Assembly (NCBI GenBank): GCA_964016885.1
Contig: OZ024742.1
Coordinates: forward strand, 64,170,001-64,234,000
DNA length: 64,000 nt
DNA from: Eledone cirrhosa
Taxonomy: Eukaryota
Reading direction: 5' to 3'
The notes under the pieces are model-generated. The model was not told the origin of the DNA. It saw nothing but the letters and a program-made list of their open reading frames with translations, and made no database searches. The position numbers and the translations under genes were made by a program. Shown one piece after another: positions 1 to 12,334 of the stretch (the first letter of the stretch is position 1; the number at the start of each line of letters is the position of its first letter).

Positions 1-154
1 CCCATATAAAAATAATAATAATAATAATAATAATAGTAATAATAATAATAATAATAATGATTATATTTATCCCCTTACAGAAACTAATTAGTTGGAGTGA
101 AAATTTTAGTAAGTAAGTTGATTTTTAATTTTTAAAATTTTCTTATTTTACGTC

Positions 155-377
<223 letters not shown>

Positions 378-491
378 TAAGAGGAATTCCAACTTTGTCT
401 GATTTACTCGTTTTATTTACAATCCTTTAAAATATATATAATGGTATTATAATGAAATAGTATGATAGAATATTAAATTCTAAGTGTTAAT

Positions 492-530
492 TGAACAAGT
501 ACTTTCATGCTTTCGCAATCTTCAGGTTCA
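492..530 (-). ncRNA. Minimal type I hammerhead ribozyme motif (inverted copy of 617-655)
   Basis: Exact reverse complement of 617-655. Confidence 0.75.
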
Positions 531-616
531 TGATATGTGGTGACAGTCGAGTTTGCAATTTTCAACTGTGAAAATTGAAAATTGAAAATTGCAAACTCGA
601 CTGTCACCACATATCA

Positions 617-655
617 TGAACCTGAAGATTGCGAAAGCATGAAAGTACTTGTTCA
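617..655 (+). ncRNA. Minimal type I hammerhead ribozyme motif
   Basis: tgaac-CTGAAGA-ttgc gaaa gcat-GAAA-gtac-TT-gttca: stem I tgaac/gttca, stem II tgc/gca with GAAA loop, palindromic stem III AGTACT. Confidence 0.75.
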
Positions 656-819
656 ATTAACACTTAGAATTTAATATTCTATCATACTATTTCATTATAA
701 TACCATTATATATATTTTAAAGGATTGTAAATAAAACGAGTAAATCAGACAAAGTTGGAATTCCTCTTATTAATATAATCTTCTATACACAATCATACAC
801 ACCCGTGTATATTTACCTA

Positions 820-1154
<335 letters not shown>

Positions 1155-1287
1155 CCAGTTGGTGAGTAATAATATATTATTATAGGTGGCACTCGTTAGA
1201 GCACTTTTTATGTGAATTAGATATCCAATATTAAAAGTGTGTGTTAACCTCAAAATCTGTGTTATTGATGTAATACACAAAGTGTTT

Positions 1288-1550
1288 ATATTAAGAAAGA
1301 GATTGAAGTTTCAGTTTAACATATTTTATTCATAACACATAACACATGTTTCACAAATGACCAGCTTGGCATCTTAATCAATGAACATATTCCAATTCTG
1401 ATTTCCACCTCATTTGAGGATCAAATTGATCCCAGAGTCAAAGCTGATTGTAATTGATTAAAGCACCAAGCTGATCATTTGCAAAACATGTGTTATGTCT
1501 GATTACAAATAAAATATGTTAAGCAGAAACATCAACCTCTCATTCTTTAT
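1288..1550. repeat. Degenerate inverted repeat (old fold-back element)
   Basis: ~1288-1382 imperfectly complements ~1454-1550 (e.g. cataacacatgttt / aaacatgtgttatg; ttaacatattttatt / aataaaatatgttaa). Ends at (TA)n. Confidence 0.7.
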
Positions 1551-2142
1551 ATATATATATGCAGCGGGTAATCACTACTTTAATTACTGGCTAGCTACTA
1601 CGAGCTAGCATGAATGTATGTATCAATACGACGTTACAATATCACAGTGAGATGGAAGAATAGAATGAGCATAGAATGTAAACAGTATGAACTTACTATG
1701 TGTGTATGTGTGTGTGTCTATTCTTAGAATATGTTATTCGTCTCAAGGACTGCTGCTTCATGTCTGGCTGTCTGGTTGTCGTCTGTGGTCGATAAGGTGA
1801 GAACCAGTAAGAGCCAGGAGAAAGAAAGGGTAAAAGGTCTGCTGGTGCCTACATGATTATCTCTCACTGACTGCTGCTTCGGGTCTGTAGCCCTGAATTC
1901 CTTAAGTCGTTGTATTTATAATAATGCTATAGTTAGAAGGATGTGTATATGAGGTTGATTTATGATCAGCCATGTGGATATCGTCTCCCAGGAAGCTGGG
2001 ATCACAGGTCAATTAGTATCTATGTTTATTATTGTTGTCTTGACAGGACAATGGTCGGAACCTTCCAATAATGGGTGGTCCCAGAGGCGAGAAACCTCAG
2101 ATATGGTTTCGAATCTTTGCCGGTAAAATATAGGAGTATTCC

Positions 2143-2573
2143 GTTATATATACTATTATACATATTTTGATGGCATCTGTTATATAATACTCATATATGA
2201 TCTCATCAAACAGTTTTTTTTTACTTGCATAAGCAGATGTAAGTTTTTATCTGATATACCAGCTGGTGGCCTTATGTGTTGTTTCAACACTGCTCAGCGA
2301 CCATTAATGAAGAAGAGAATATGGAGAGGGTGACAAGAAGCTATGGACCAAAGAGAAGCTATGCCCTAAGTGATGCAAACAAGAAAAACATTTTTGGGTA
2401 ATTCCATATTCTAGCTGAGCAGTGAAGAAACACCTAAGATCGCCAGCTGGTACATCGGAAAAGAATTTACATCGCTAATGTTTATGCAAGTAAAAAACTG
2501 TCAGGTGAAATCGTATCTGACTCTAACATAACAGATGCTATTGAAATACGTATAACAGTGATTATATAATAAC
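2143..2573. repeat. Degenerate inverted repeat, arms ~155 bp
   Basis: cactgctcagc / gctgagcagtg, taccagctgg / ccagctggta, ttacttgcataa / ttatgcaagtaa and gcatctgttat / ataacagatgc occur in mirror order. Confidence 0.75.
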
Positions 2574-2954
2574 TAGAATGTAGTGAAATTCAAACATAAT
2601 AATTCATTACTATACCAACTGACTGTCGTACACACACCTACATGATAATATCATACCAGTAGAGCTATGTTTACGTCGAATGCTCAATCCCGCGTACACA
2701 AGTATCTATTAAGCGGGGCCTAAAAACTAATAACAGATTTATTAACCATAATTACCATTATACACGCACTCACACACATACACACACACGCGTGTGCATA
2801 TGTGTGTGCGTGCGCGCGCGTGTGTGTATGACAACAAATAAAAATTATAGAATATATATGTCTGTATATCTGTCTTTCTCTATCTCTCTGTATATCCCCC
2901 CCCCCCCCACACTCACACACTCTCTCTTTCTCTCTTAATAATAATAATAATAAT

Positions 2955-3145
2955 AATTGTTTCTACTTTTGGCACAAGGCCAGCAATTATCCCAGTGTAT
3001 TACTGGTACTTTATTTTATCGACCCCGTAAGCATGAAAGGCAAAGTTAACCTCGGCGGGATTTGAACTCAGACCATAAAGGGCCGTAACTCTTTGCTGTA
3101 AAGCATGGCGTCAGACCCTCTACCGATACTGCCAACCCACCACCT
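2955..3145 (-). mobile_element. tRNA-derived SINE family A
   Basis: Minus strand has A-box-like TGGCAGTATCGG, B-box-like GAGTTCAAATCC and central GCCTTTCAT..GGGGTCGATAAAATAAAGTACCAG (resembles the Meta-SINE domain, from memory). Many copies in the window. Confidence 0.85.
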
Positions 3146-3189
3146 AATAATGAAAATTATTATGTACAGTGCTCAGGTGCACTATATAT

Positions 3190-3987
3190 ATATCACTGTC
3201 TTTTTTCTTTCACCTCGCTCATCTTCTCTTAGTGTTCTAAAGCTCTACCAAATAATACAATAGATCGATATAATATATCAGATCGATCAACCACCTTCCT
3301 CAATACCCCCCCCCTCACTACATCGAATGATTGTCTCGTATTTCTTCTTCTCTTTTTCTCTTTCATTGTCTTTCTTCTTCTAAATATTTTAATACACATC
3401 TCTCTCCATCTCACTCCTTCTCTCTACATTCCTATTTCGTATTCTAATCTCTGTTTCTAAATGTATCTGTCTATCTCTACCTTTCTATCAACCTCTATCT
3501 TAACTTACTTCCCTCCTCTATTTGCATAGTGTCATTTCCCGATTAGCTTCCTCCCTTTCTAATTATTTTCATCTCCGTATCTCTCTTTCATTCACTCTAT
3601 TTTTAATTGTTTACTCACTCTATCCATGTCTTTGTCTCTATTTTCTATTATTCCCTGCATTTCGCTCTCAGTCCTCTCTCTATATATATCATTTATTCTC
3701 TTTTTCTACACCCCTTTCTCTTTCTCTCTCCCACTCATATTTTCTTTCTTTCTCTCTTATATTCCCTAATTATTTTTCTCTCTCTCTTTCTTATATATTT
3801 TCTCTCTCGGTATTTACTTTAATATTTCCCCTTCCTATATCAATTCCCCCTCTGTCCTGTTCCTCATATCTCTTCCCCTTTCTCCTCGTATATCACACCC
3901 CTCTATATCTTGTTTACAATTTCTCTTTTTTCTCCCACTCACTCTATCTCCTTTTGCTCCTATATCAGCCCTTCTCTCCCTTGTTTC

Positions 3988-4064
<77 letters not shown>

Positions 4065-4700
4065 TCCCTCATATCCCTCCTTTTCCCCTCATATCACCAT
4101 CTCTCTCTTTTCTTCATCTCATTCTTTCTCACTCTCTATCCCGCTCCCCATACATCCCTCCCTCTCTTATCTTCTATATTTTCTTCCTCTCTCCATCAGT
4201 CGGCATCTCTTACTCTTTCTCCTCCTCCCCTCTCACATCATTCTCACTCTATCTCTCTTTCTTTCCCTCTCTCTGTCTTGTCCCTATATTTCCTCACCCC
4301 CTTCACCATCTCCACTCGATCTCTCTCTTGTTCCTCGTATATCTTTTTTCTCCCTCCACCAATCACTGTTTCTTACTCTCCTTCTCTCCCTCTTCGACAC
4401 CATTCCGACCCTCTCTTCCTCTCCCTCTTACCTGTTCCGCATATCTCTCCCCACCCCTCTATATTGTTCCAACATCGTTTCTCTCTCTCTAACACACACA
4501 CACCTGTTCCTTCATATCTTCTCTCCCCTCATCAGCCGCTATCTATCACACACACTCTCTCTTCCTTCTCTCGCTCTCACCATTTCCTATATATCCACCT
4601 CCTCCTCCTCCTTCGATCAGCCGTCATCTCCCACTCTCTGCTCTGGTCACATCTATTCTTACTACATCGCACTTTCCTCCCTCATATTTTCATATTTCGG
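3190..4700. repeat. Polypyrimidine (CT-rich) low-complexity tract including (CT)n at 3991-4061
   Basis: Strong C/T strand bias; the ORFs here are L/S/F-rich artefacts. Confidence 0.9.
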
Positions 4701-5489
4701 TAGAACTGCACCAACAATTTCCTAACCCTTCCACCACCGGATTATTTACAGTGAAATCTGTGAGTTGTTTTCATCATTTCTATATATTTTTCCATGAAAA
4801 AAATATGTTGTCTTTCGTTTTGAAAGATATGACAGATACTTTCTATATTGTCAGTGTTTCATAGACACACACATTTACAACACACACACACACACACACT
4901 CATACACATATAGTATGCAGTTGCAGATGTGTTGCATGTGTGTATGGGCATGTATGTGTATGCGTACTGTCGTCTGTGGCAATTCCTCGGGGATCAAGGA
5001 TGTTGGTCCACCAGATTTAACCTGTAAGGGACCACTATGGGTTACTAGTTTGGCTTGTGTGGTACCGTATGTCGGTGACTAGCTAGGCCTGTGTGGGGCC
5101 AGATGTGGGTTACTGGAGAAACCCGTGTGGTGCCAAATGTGTGTGATATAGCTAGACCTGTGTGGGTGCCACACGTCCGGTCACAGAACCGAGCGACCGT
5201 TTAATGCCCTGCTGTAGAAGACAGGACATTTAATGTTCTAGCAGAGAAGACAGGGCATTTGGTGTTATGTTGAAATGATGGCCTCATCATATACGATGTT
5301 TTTCCACTTGTATCAGTTATTCGCTACTTGTATACATTGACAGTGTCTGATTAAGTTAATACGGGCTTGTAGCATTTGACTACTGTTTGTTTAGTTCTAA
5401 ATCTAATTTTGTGGAGTAAGTTTATATTTTACACGCTCTTATATGGTAAAGACTTAAAACCCTCGCAAATTGTAAAACATATCAAACAC

Positions 5490-5730
5490 TGGGTGCCTCA
5501 AAGATATGTGCAATTCTAAAATTTCCTTAAAATAAACCCTGGTCTGTAGCAAGTACTATAAAGAAGCAGGCCTTAATTTTTATTAAATATGACAAAGGGG
5601 TCAAAGGCAGTATTCTTCACTGGCGGCTCGACTAAACGAGGTAACTGGTGATACTCGTGAAGGCGCTTGGCTGTTCCAGCGCATCAGCCTCGCCACCACC
5701 TGAGGTAACGCTGTGAGCGTGCTGGCTTGC
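5490..5730 (+). pseudogene. CRE-clade non-LTR retrotransposon C-terminal (restriction-like endonuclease) remnant
   Basis: ~5647-5728 translates GDTREGAWLFQRISLATT*GNAVSVLA, matching the QRxSxAxxRGNA motif at the end of CRE ORFs. Confidence 0.65.
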
Positions 5731-5980
5731 CTCAAAAATTATTAGAGAAGTTTCCTCGCGATATCGTTATCTTTTGTTCTGACAGCGGTTCGTTTGACCA
5801 CCCCTTTCGCTTGCCTTTTATATGTGGTCCTAGATGTATGTATTACCTGCTTGTGTGTATGTGTGTTTTTTTTTCTCTTTTTTTTTCTTTCCCTTTTCTT
5901 TTTTTTTTCTTTTTCTTTGTAATATTATGATGACGCTTATGTTGACAAAATAAAGAAACTTTTCATATATATATATATAT

Positions 5981-6120
5981 AAGTTATTCCGGGTTGAATC
6001 GGAAGTAACCACAGTAAGTAAGGTACTCAATACATAGCAGAGTATAAATGTTTTAATATAGAATCCTGATGATTTCTCACGAATGAAACAGTTCTAGTCC
6101 TGTAGAAGCTCTTCTATATG
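5981..6120 (+). mobile_element. Rearranged hammerhead-bearing pseudo-LTR fragment between TA tracts
   Basis: CTGATGA-tttc tcac gaat-GAAAC-agttcta-GTC at 6066-6099. Shares GGTACTCAATAC with the 37266-37412 element. Proximal stem I is not intact. Confidence 0.5.
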
Positions 6121-6379
6121 ATATATATATATCCACTAAATGTAATAACATTCTATTTCTCAGTATAGTACTGTAGCAAGCTACTTTAAACTCTGGAAAT
6201 GTGGGGTCTGTAGCAAATGTTACTCTTGCTACAAGGTTAATCTGGTGCTGGTGTACTCTTGCTACTAGGTTAATCCAGCCCTCCACACTTTTTCGTCTTT
6301 GGATCCTTTCTTTGTCCCCCTTGCTTGTGCTTTCATTCATTCAGTCAAGAGTAAAATAGTTGTTTGCTCAACCATTGGT

Positions 6380-6750
6380 CCGACATTCACGTGACATGGT
6401 TTGGAATTGACAGCATATCAAAGCTGATGTTGTGTAATCAGTATTTTCAATACAGGAGATATTAGCTTGCTCAGACATTCATCTCTGTCGGTTTTGCTAT
6501 TGTATTCCACTGCATCCGTAGCAGAACGGAATAACATTCTAAAATACTAAGAACTATCGGCAAACTAATATTTTCAACCTGTAGCATTCATGACGTTTGG
6601 TGGAGATGGCCACTGACAACAATGTTCTTGTCATTATAGCCGGCTCGCCTTACAGAGATATCAGGTAATGTTCCTAATTAGGGCGCTTGGTTATTCCAGG
6701 GTCTTAGCCTCGCTATCATCCACGGCAATGCTTGTGTAGGCTTGACTCAA
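6380..6750 (+). pseudogene. Second CRE-clade endonuclease-domain remnant
   Basis: Translates AERNNILKY*ELSAN*YFQPVAFMTFGGDG ... GAWLFQGLSLAIIHGNA. Confidence 0.65.
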
Positions 6751-7059
6751 ACATCATTAGAAGGTAACTCCAGAGCCGCTTGTGGAGTGTTATTGAGTTT
6801 GCGTGCCTTCTCTCACATTTTAATTTATTTTTTTATATATTATTTTTTTTTAAATGTTTTTATTTTAATTTTATGCTTTCTGTTGAAATCAATTATAAAT
6901 AATCGTGTATTTCTTGAAAGAAACATCATCTCTAACTTGCACACGGTTTAAATAATATCTAAAACTGCCCCATGCCGTAAAAAATTACTAGTTTCTCTGA
7001 CGTTGATATTCACCTGTATATATATGTGTGTCTGTATGCATACAGATATATATATATAT

Positions 7060-7247
7060 TCAATATATTAATAAATGGAAACTATATTTATAAAACCATA
7101 ATTATTTTATTATATATATTTTAAGGGCAACCAAGGCATTCTTGGTGCGCTTTCATCAGATAAAATACAAGATTTGTTTTATAAATGTTGACATAACTGG
7201 AAAAACAACCTATACGGTTGAAAGTTCGCTGGACAGTCTGACGACCT

Positions 7248-7250
<3 letters not shown>
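7060..7250 (-). mobile_element. Hammerhead element family B, degenerate copy
   Basis: Homologous to 10273-10440 and 10765-10890. Minus-strand core CTGATGA...AAAA (G12 mutated). Flanked by (TA)n on both sides. Confidence 0.75.
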
Positions 7251-7300
<50 letters not shown>

Positions 7301-7303
<3 letters not shown>

Positions 7304-7820
7304 CGTTACTTGTAACGTGTAACCCAGTACAACCTGTGCATGGTCAGGTCGTCGGCCACTAAACCGGCAACCCCACCAAGCTTGCTTGGTGAAGAGGATG
7401 AATTTGGATACCCTTCGGAATAAAAAAACAAAACCCGTCAAAGGGCGGAGGAACTCAAGTGAGTCAACGGCAATCCAATAAAGATTTTTTTTTTGTGTGT
7501 GGAGCAAGAGACTCCTTATTCTCATTCAGACATCTCTCTAAGAGAAGGTCACTCTGATATAAAACTTACGACTTCGTTTGCATCCAATGATGTTGACCAG
7601 TTCTTTTGGAGCAAATGCATTCGATGTTCAGAGAGTGGGATTGACCCTGTGCTAAGCCTTTCCTCACTTTAAAAAGTTTCAAGCACAGGCATCGCTTGAT
7701 ATGTGACATTTTTTGTGATGCACAGTATTGCTGGCCATAGGCAAGTCTCTAACAGGACTAAAAAGTCACGCTCGTGATGATCATGTTTAAGTATCAAGCG
7801 ATGACATTACTCGAAATCGA
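7301..7820 (+). mobile_element. Dispersed repeat, probably a LINE (RTE-type) 5' UTR fragment
   Basis: Shares caaagggcgga.gaactca...gagtcaacgg, ccaatgatgttga, gagagtgggattg and ttcctcactttaaaaa with 60724-61030. Confidence 0.55.
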
Positions 7821-8379
7821 GTTGTAGCCATCATGTATGTATGTGTGTGTGTGTGTGTGTGTGTGCACGTATAGATTACATTGCATGTGTGTGCCAGTAT
7901 ATTTTGAGTTATATGTGCACATATGATTTTTTTTGTGTATTTGCAGTTATTACATGCTAAACTTTTGGAATGTTTTACATATATTTACGGTTCCATTAAT
8001 GGGTTATACTTTCTGGGTTTGTGAAGACCAATTCTCAAGATTTGTATTGAGATAGTTAATAACATATCTAAGTGCCCCTATTGATTACAGGTACAAATCT
8101 AAAGCTATTGTCGGAGTGGAGTATCTGCAGGTTCCTCATTAGTCCGGCATAAATGTTCTGCTGTGTATGCCTTCTTTTCTCTGTTCCATATCATTATGTC
8201 TGGTCTGCTGTGTCTATATATTTTACTGGGGTTTTGACTGGAACATTCCACCAATACTTTTTCATATTATATGTGAGTATGTCCTTCACATTACTGCAGT
8301 TATATATTTTTATCTTCCGGTCTATCCTTTCTACAGATTGCATTATTAAGTGTTTTGACCTCTACATAGTACCTCATAG

Positions 8380-8710
8380 GTAGAAACAGGGCCTATGAGA
8401 AGGGGGATCCAGCCGGTACTTTGTTTCGGCGCCCAAGAGCTAAGAAGGCCCTACAGCAACCATGCAACATCCATTTTGAGCAAAATCTTTGTCTGCTTTC
8501 GGTCCCAAAAAGGTCTTATACCGCCTTGCAAAATTTCTCTTGGAGGCCCTGGGTAGAAGGTACCATGATGATATTTTTACCACGGTACTTTCTGATTACG
8601 ATGTGGGTGCTATCCTAGATGTTTATTCCACAAACTCTGCATCTGTTGTCAAATCTAAGTGTTTTGCTTCCATCTTTATCCCTGTTGTGCTTCAGCTATT
8701 TCATTGATAT
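8380..8710 (+). pseudogene. Highly decayed non-LTR reverse transcriptase fragment (possibly CRE clade)
   Basis: GDP-like motif (ggggatcc ~8403) followed by YHDDIF, resembling the (Q)GDP...YLDDI RT motifs. Weak. Confidence 0.3.
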
Positions 8711-10272
8711 TCTCTGTTCCTGGATTGCAAAAGCACATCCATCAAAGTGAGAGCTAATATACCAGTTGTTCAAGATAGACTACTTTAGTTATCTATATTA
8801 CTCTCACTTTGAAGATTTCAGTCAACATAGCCATGAATGACTTTCTACTGATAGGCAGATTCGATTTATGTATGTTCTTCTGGTTTTATAATTTTATAAA
8901 ATGTTACCAATAGAGTCGGTTTCTAACATAGACACAAGACTCTTTCATTGGCATTTAGATATCAACTAGGTAGATATGTATACATGTCTGCATGCGTGCA
9001 TGTGTGTGCAGGTACGGGTGTATTTGTGTTGATGTGGATATTTTGAGTTATATGTGCATTTGTTTTGTATCTGTACATGTGTACATGCAGTTATTACATG
9101 CAGAATTTTGGGAATGTTTTACATAATTTACTATTCCATTAATGGATTGTACTTGTAATTTCCTATCTAGTAGTGTTCTTTCTGTATGTATGTATGTATG
9201 TATGCATGCATGCGTGTATGTACGCGCAAACGATTTGTAAACTCAGTTTCAATTCTTTTTTGTCTTCATCTATAAATGACAATATCATTAAGAACATTAA
9301 GAAAGACATGAATAACATTCATGTCATATCTTCTCTCTCCCCCTTTTTCTTTTTTATTATCCCACCACCACTTATTTTTCTCCTTTTTTTTTATAGTATT
9401 GTATATATCTGCATAGTCTTATTCATTATTTAGCAACAAGGGCGGTGCCCCAGCATGGCCTCAGCCGCATGGCTGGTACAGATAAAAGAGTAAAAGAGTA
9501 AAGAGTATTTAAATTGTATTTCTGTTTATATAAAGTTGTTTCTGTGTGTGTGTGTGTGTGTTGTGTCACTTATATAAATCACTGTGTGTACAGTTCAATG
9601 TTCGTAGCATATACATGTACACATAGTCATCGGTTTTTCTATCAATATTTATATACGCCTGTACACATATATATGCATACACACACATCATGCGGATAGA
9701 AATACAAACACACACACACACACACACACAGTAGTGCATACAGACACATATATTAGATGCTGAGAATGAAATCTATAGATGTGTGTAGACGTAATATTAT
9801 TATTAGCAATGTCGTGCCGACGAAGGCTGGCTCTTTCATCTTGTTGCGTCACATTGCTTACTATTAAGTCTGCGGACGCTTTCTGCAGACATTCCTCTAA
9901 CACCAGTCAAACACCTTAGCATGAAAACACTCTGAATATTGGGTAGATATCGCAATTGCGAGGTGTCAGCCGCCTCAGTCAATCCAACCAACTAACACAC
10001 ACACACGCGCACAGCAATTAATGAATGAAATATTAAGGACAAGACGTTGTTAGTCGTGCTGGTGTTGTTTAGTAGCAGCAGTACAGAAGCACTAGCAACA
10101 ATGTGATGTGAACTTATGACTCATTAGTTGGGACTCCGCTACCTTATCTGTGTGATCGCTGTTATGCACTCTTGTGCACTCTTATGTACTCACGTGCTCA
10201 CGCTTACACACACGCGCGCACAATTATTTGATTCTCTCTCTCTCTCTCTCTCTCTCTTTATTATATATATAT

Positions 10273-10631
10273 ATACGATATTAACAAATGGAAACTATAT
10301 TTATAAAACCATATTTATTTTATTATACATATTTCAAGGACACCATGTTAAATTATGGTGTGCTTTCATCAGACAAAATACAATATAGATCAGTTTTATA
10401 AATAAATATTGACATACCCTTAAAAAATGCAACCATTACTCCTTGGAGCTTGGAGCTTCCAACAGTAATGGTTGCATTTTTTAAGGGTATGTCAATATTT
10501 ATTTATAAAACTGATCTATATTGTATTTTGTCTGATGAAAGCACACCATAATTTAACATGGTGTCCTTGAAATATGTATAATAAAATAAATATGGTTTTA
10601 TAAATATAGTTTCCATTTGTTAATATCGTAT
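10273..10631. mobile_element. Perfect ~168-bp-arm palindrome, hammerhead element family B
   Basis: 10273-10440 is the reverse complement of 10464-10631; spacer ccttggagcttggagcttccaac; flanked by TA tracts. Confidence 0.85.
10524..10588 (+). ncRNA. Type I hammerhead ribozyme motif
   Basis: tattttgt-CTGATGA-aag cacaccat aatttaac atggtgtc ctt-GAAA-tatgta-TA-ataaaata. Inverted copy at ~10316-10380. Confidence 0.75.
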
Positions 10632-10718
10632 GTTTACTCTAAATACTTGTTGAGTGCTTTATATCAGTTATAAAAATATTTGCTTGTTGTATCCCAACAA
10701 TTTAAATAGAACTTTTGC

Positions 10719-10764
<46 letters not shown>

Positions 10765-10766
<2 letters not shown>

Positions 10767-11010
10767 ATATTAAATAAATGGAAACTATGTTTATAAAACC
10801 ATATTTATTTTATTATATATATTTCAAGGGCAACCAAGACAACATTGGTACGCTTTCGTCAGATAAATACAAAGTTTGTTTTATAAATAGAGGCGTACCC
10901 ATGAAAATCATACCTTATCGGTTGGAAATTCACAGTGAATTTCCAACCGATAAGGTATGATTTTCATGGGTACGTTTGTCGGACTTCCAACAAATTAAAT
11001 ACAACTTCTA

Positions 11011-11012
<2 letters not shown>
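10765..11012 (-). mobile_element. Hammerhead element family B copy with internal perfect 40-bp hairpin
   Basis: Minus-strand CTGACGA-aag cgtaccaa tgttgtc ttggttgcc ctt-GAAA-tatata-TA at ~10805-10869. Hairpin 10894-10974 with a 1-nt centre. (TA)n on both sides. Confidence 0.8.
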
Positions 11013-11045
<33 letters not shown>

Positions 11046-11227
11046 ACTAGAAATAGATTGACACATATATATATATAAAATAAACACATGAAACAATCTC
11101 ATGGAATAATTTGTAAAGTGTGTAAGCACACATAGCTAGGTAGGTAACTAATTAAAGTTTAACTAGAACTTCAAAAATAGATACCTTAATTTAATTTTGG
11201 ATATATATATATATATACACACACACA

Positions 11228-11300
11228 CAGTGTCCCCAAAAATGTATACACACTTCAACAGCATTCTAATCAAAGTGTGTATACATTTTTGGTACACCCT
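11228..11300. mobile_element. Tiny Tc1/mariner-type MITE
   Basis: TIR-like gtgtccccaaaaatgtatacacactt / aagtgtgtatacatttttggtacac; homologue at 60587-60666. Confidence 0.65.
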
Positions 11301-12334
11301 CCTCATCATCATCATCATCGTTTAACGTCTATTTTCCACGCTAGCATGGGTTAGACGGGTATATATAATAATGAAAATGATTGTGTTGTTTGTGCTTTAA
11401 TTCTGTATTTGCCTCCATTTACCAGTTCACCATCCTTACTCTTGCCACCGATATTAAGAAAAAAAAATCACAATTTTTTAAAATAACATTAACACCGTTA
11501 TATTAAATTGATATGAACATAAATATATTAATTCAATATTATCAACATTAACATCGTTATGTAATTTCCATTTTAATATCCTTTATCTTTGTTATATCAA
11601 TTCATTCAATGTTGATAAATTTATTGTTGGACTGAAGTATAAAGTGATAAAAGTATTTTAAAAGTATAAAACAAGTATTGGGGAGAAAAAAATTAAATAG
11701 TGAAAAAGGGGGCAAGGCAACCTCTACAGCCTTGGCTAGGCAATATACCTTAGATGGTGAAAGCATTAACACGGAGAAGAGCCAGTGACACCCACTGCAT
11801 CAGCCATTCTATTTCACAGAGCTTCTTCCTTAGGTAAGATACCTTCTGATTTGTAGAGGAAAACAGCAGTCCAGAAAGGTCAGTGAAGTCCTGGCATTTT
11901 GATATCTTCTCCTCTGTAGGAATCTGAACGCTGAGGACACTGGAGGTCTTAATGTCAACTGGCATGAAATGGAAGCAGTTGCTCAAGTCCTGCTATTTTG
12001 ATATCTTCTGCTCTACTGTATTACAGGTGGCAGTGCCCAGATTTGTGGTCAAAGCAACATGACTGGAACTGGAGAATGTGTCACAACATGTGGCATCCCA
12101 GATTAGAGAATTACCCTCTCAAACATTAAAAGGGTTATTGAAGGAAGAGCTTAATATATAAAGGGTTTAGGCAATCATGCAAAGTATGAGGATGATACCG
12201 GAGGTGCGATGTGGAGGGTTTGTGTAATATATGAAGGGTTTAGACAATCGTGAAGTATGAGGATAGTGTACAATGACCCCAGTGGAGGTGGGGTCTTAAG
12301 GGTTTGTGTAAAATATGAAGAGCTTAGGGAATGG

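Noticed and set aside
3522-4725. 393-aa and 271-aa L/S/F-rich ORFs
   Set aside because: Polypyrimidine tract lacks stop codons by composition.
7340-7420. Possible HDV-like ribozyme in the putative RTE 5' UTR
   Set aside because: Only a simple hairpin (caccaagc/gcttggtg) was found; the nested double pseudoknot could not be built by eye.
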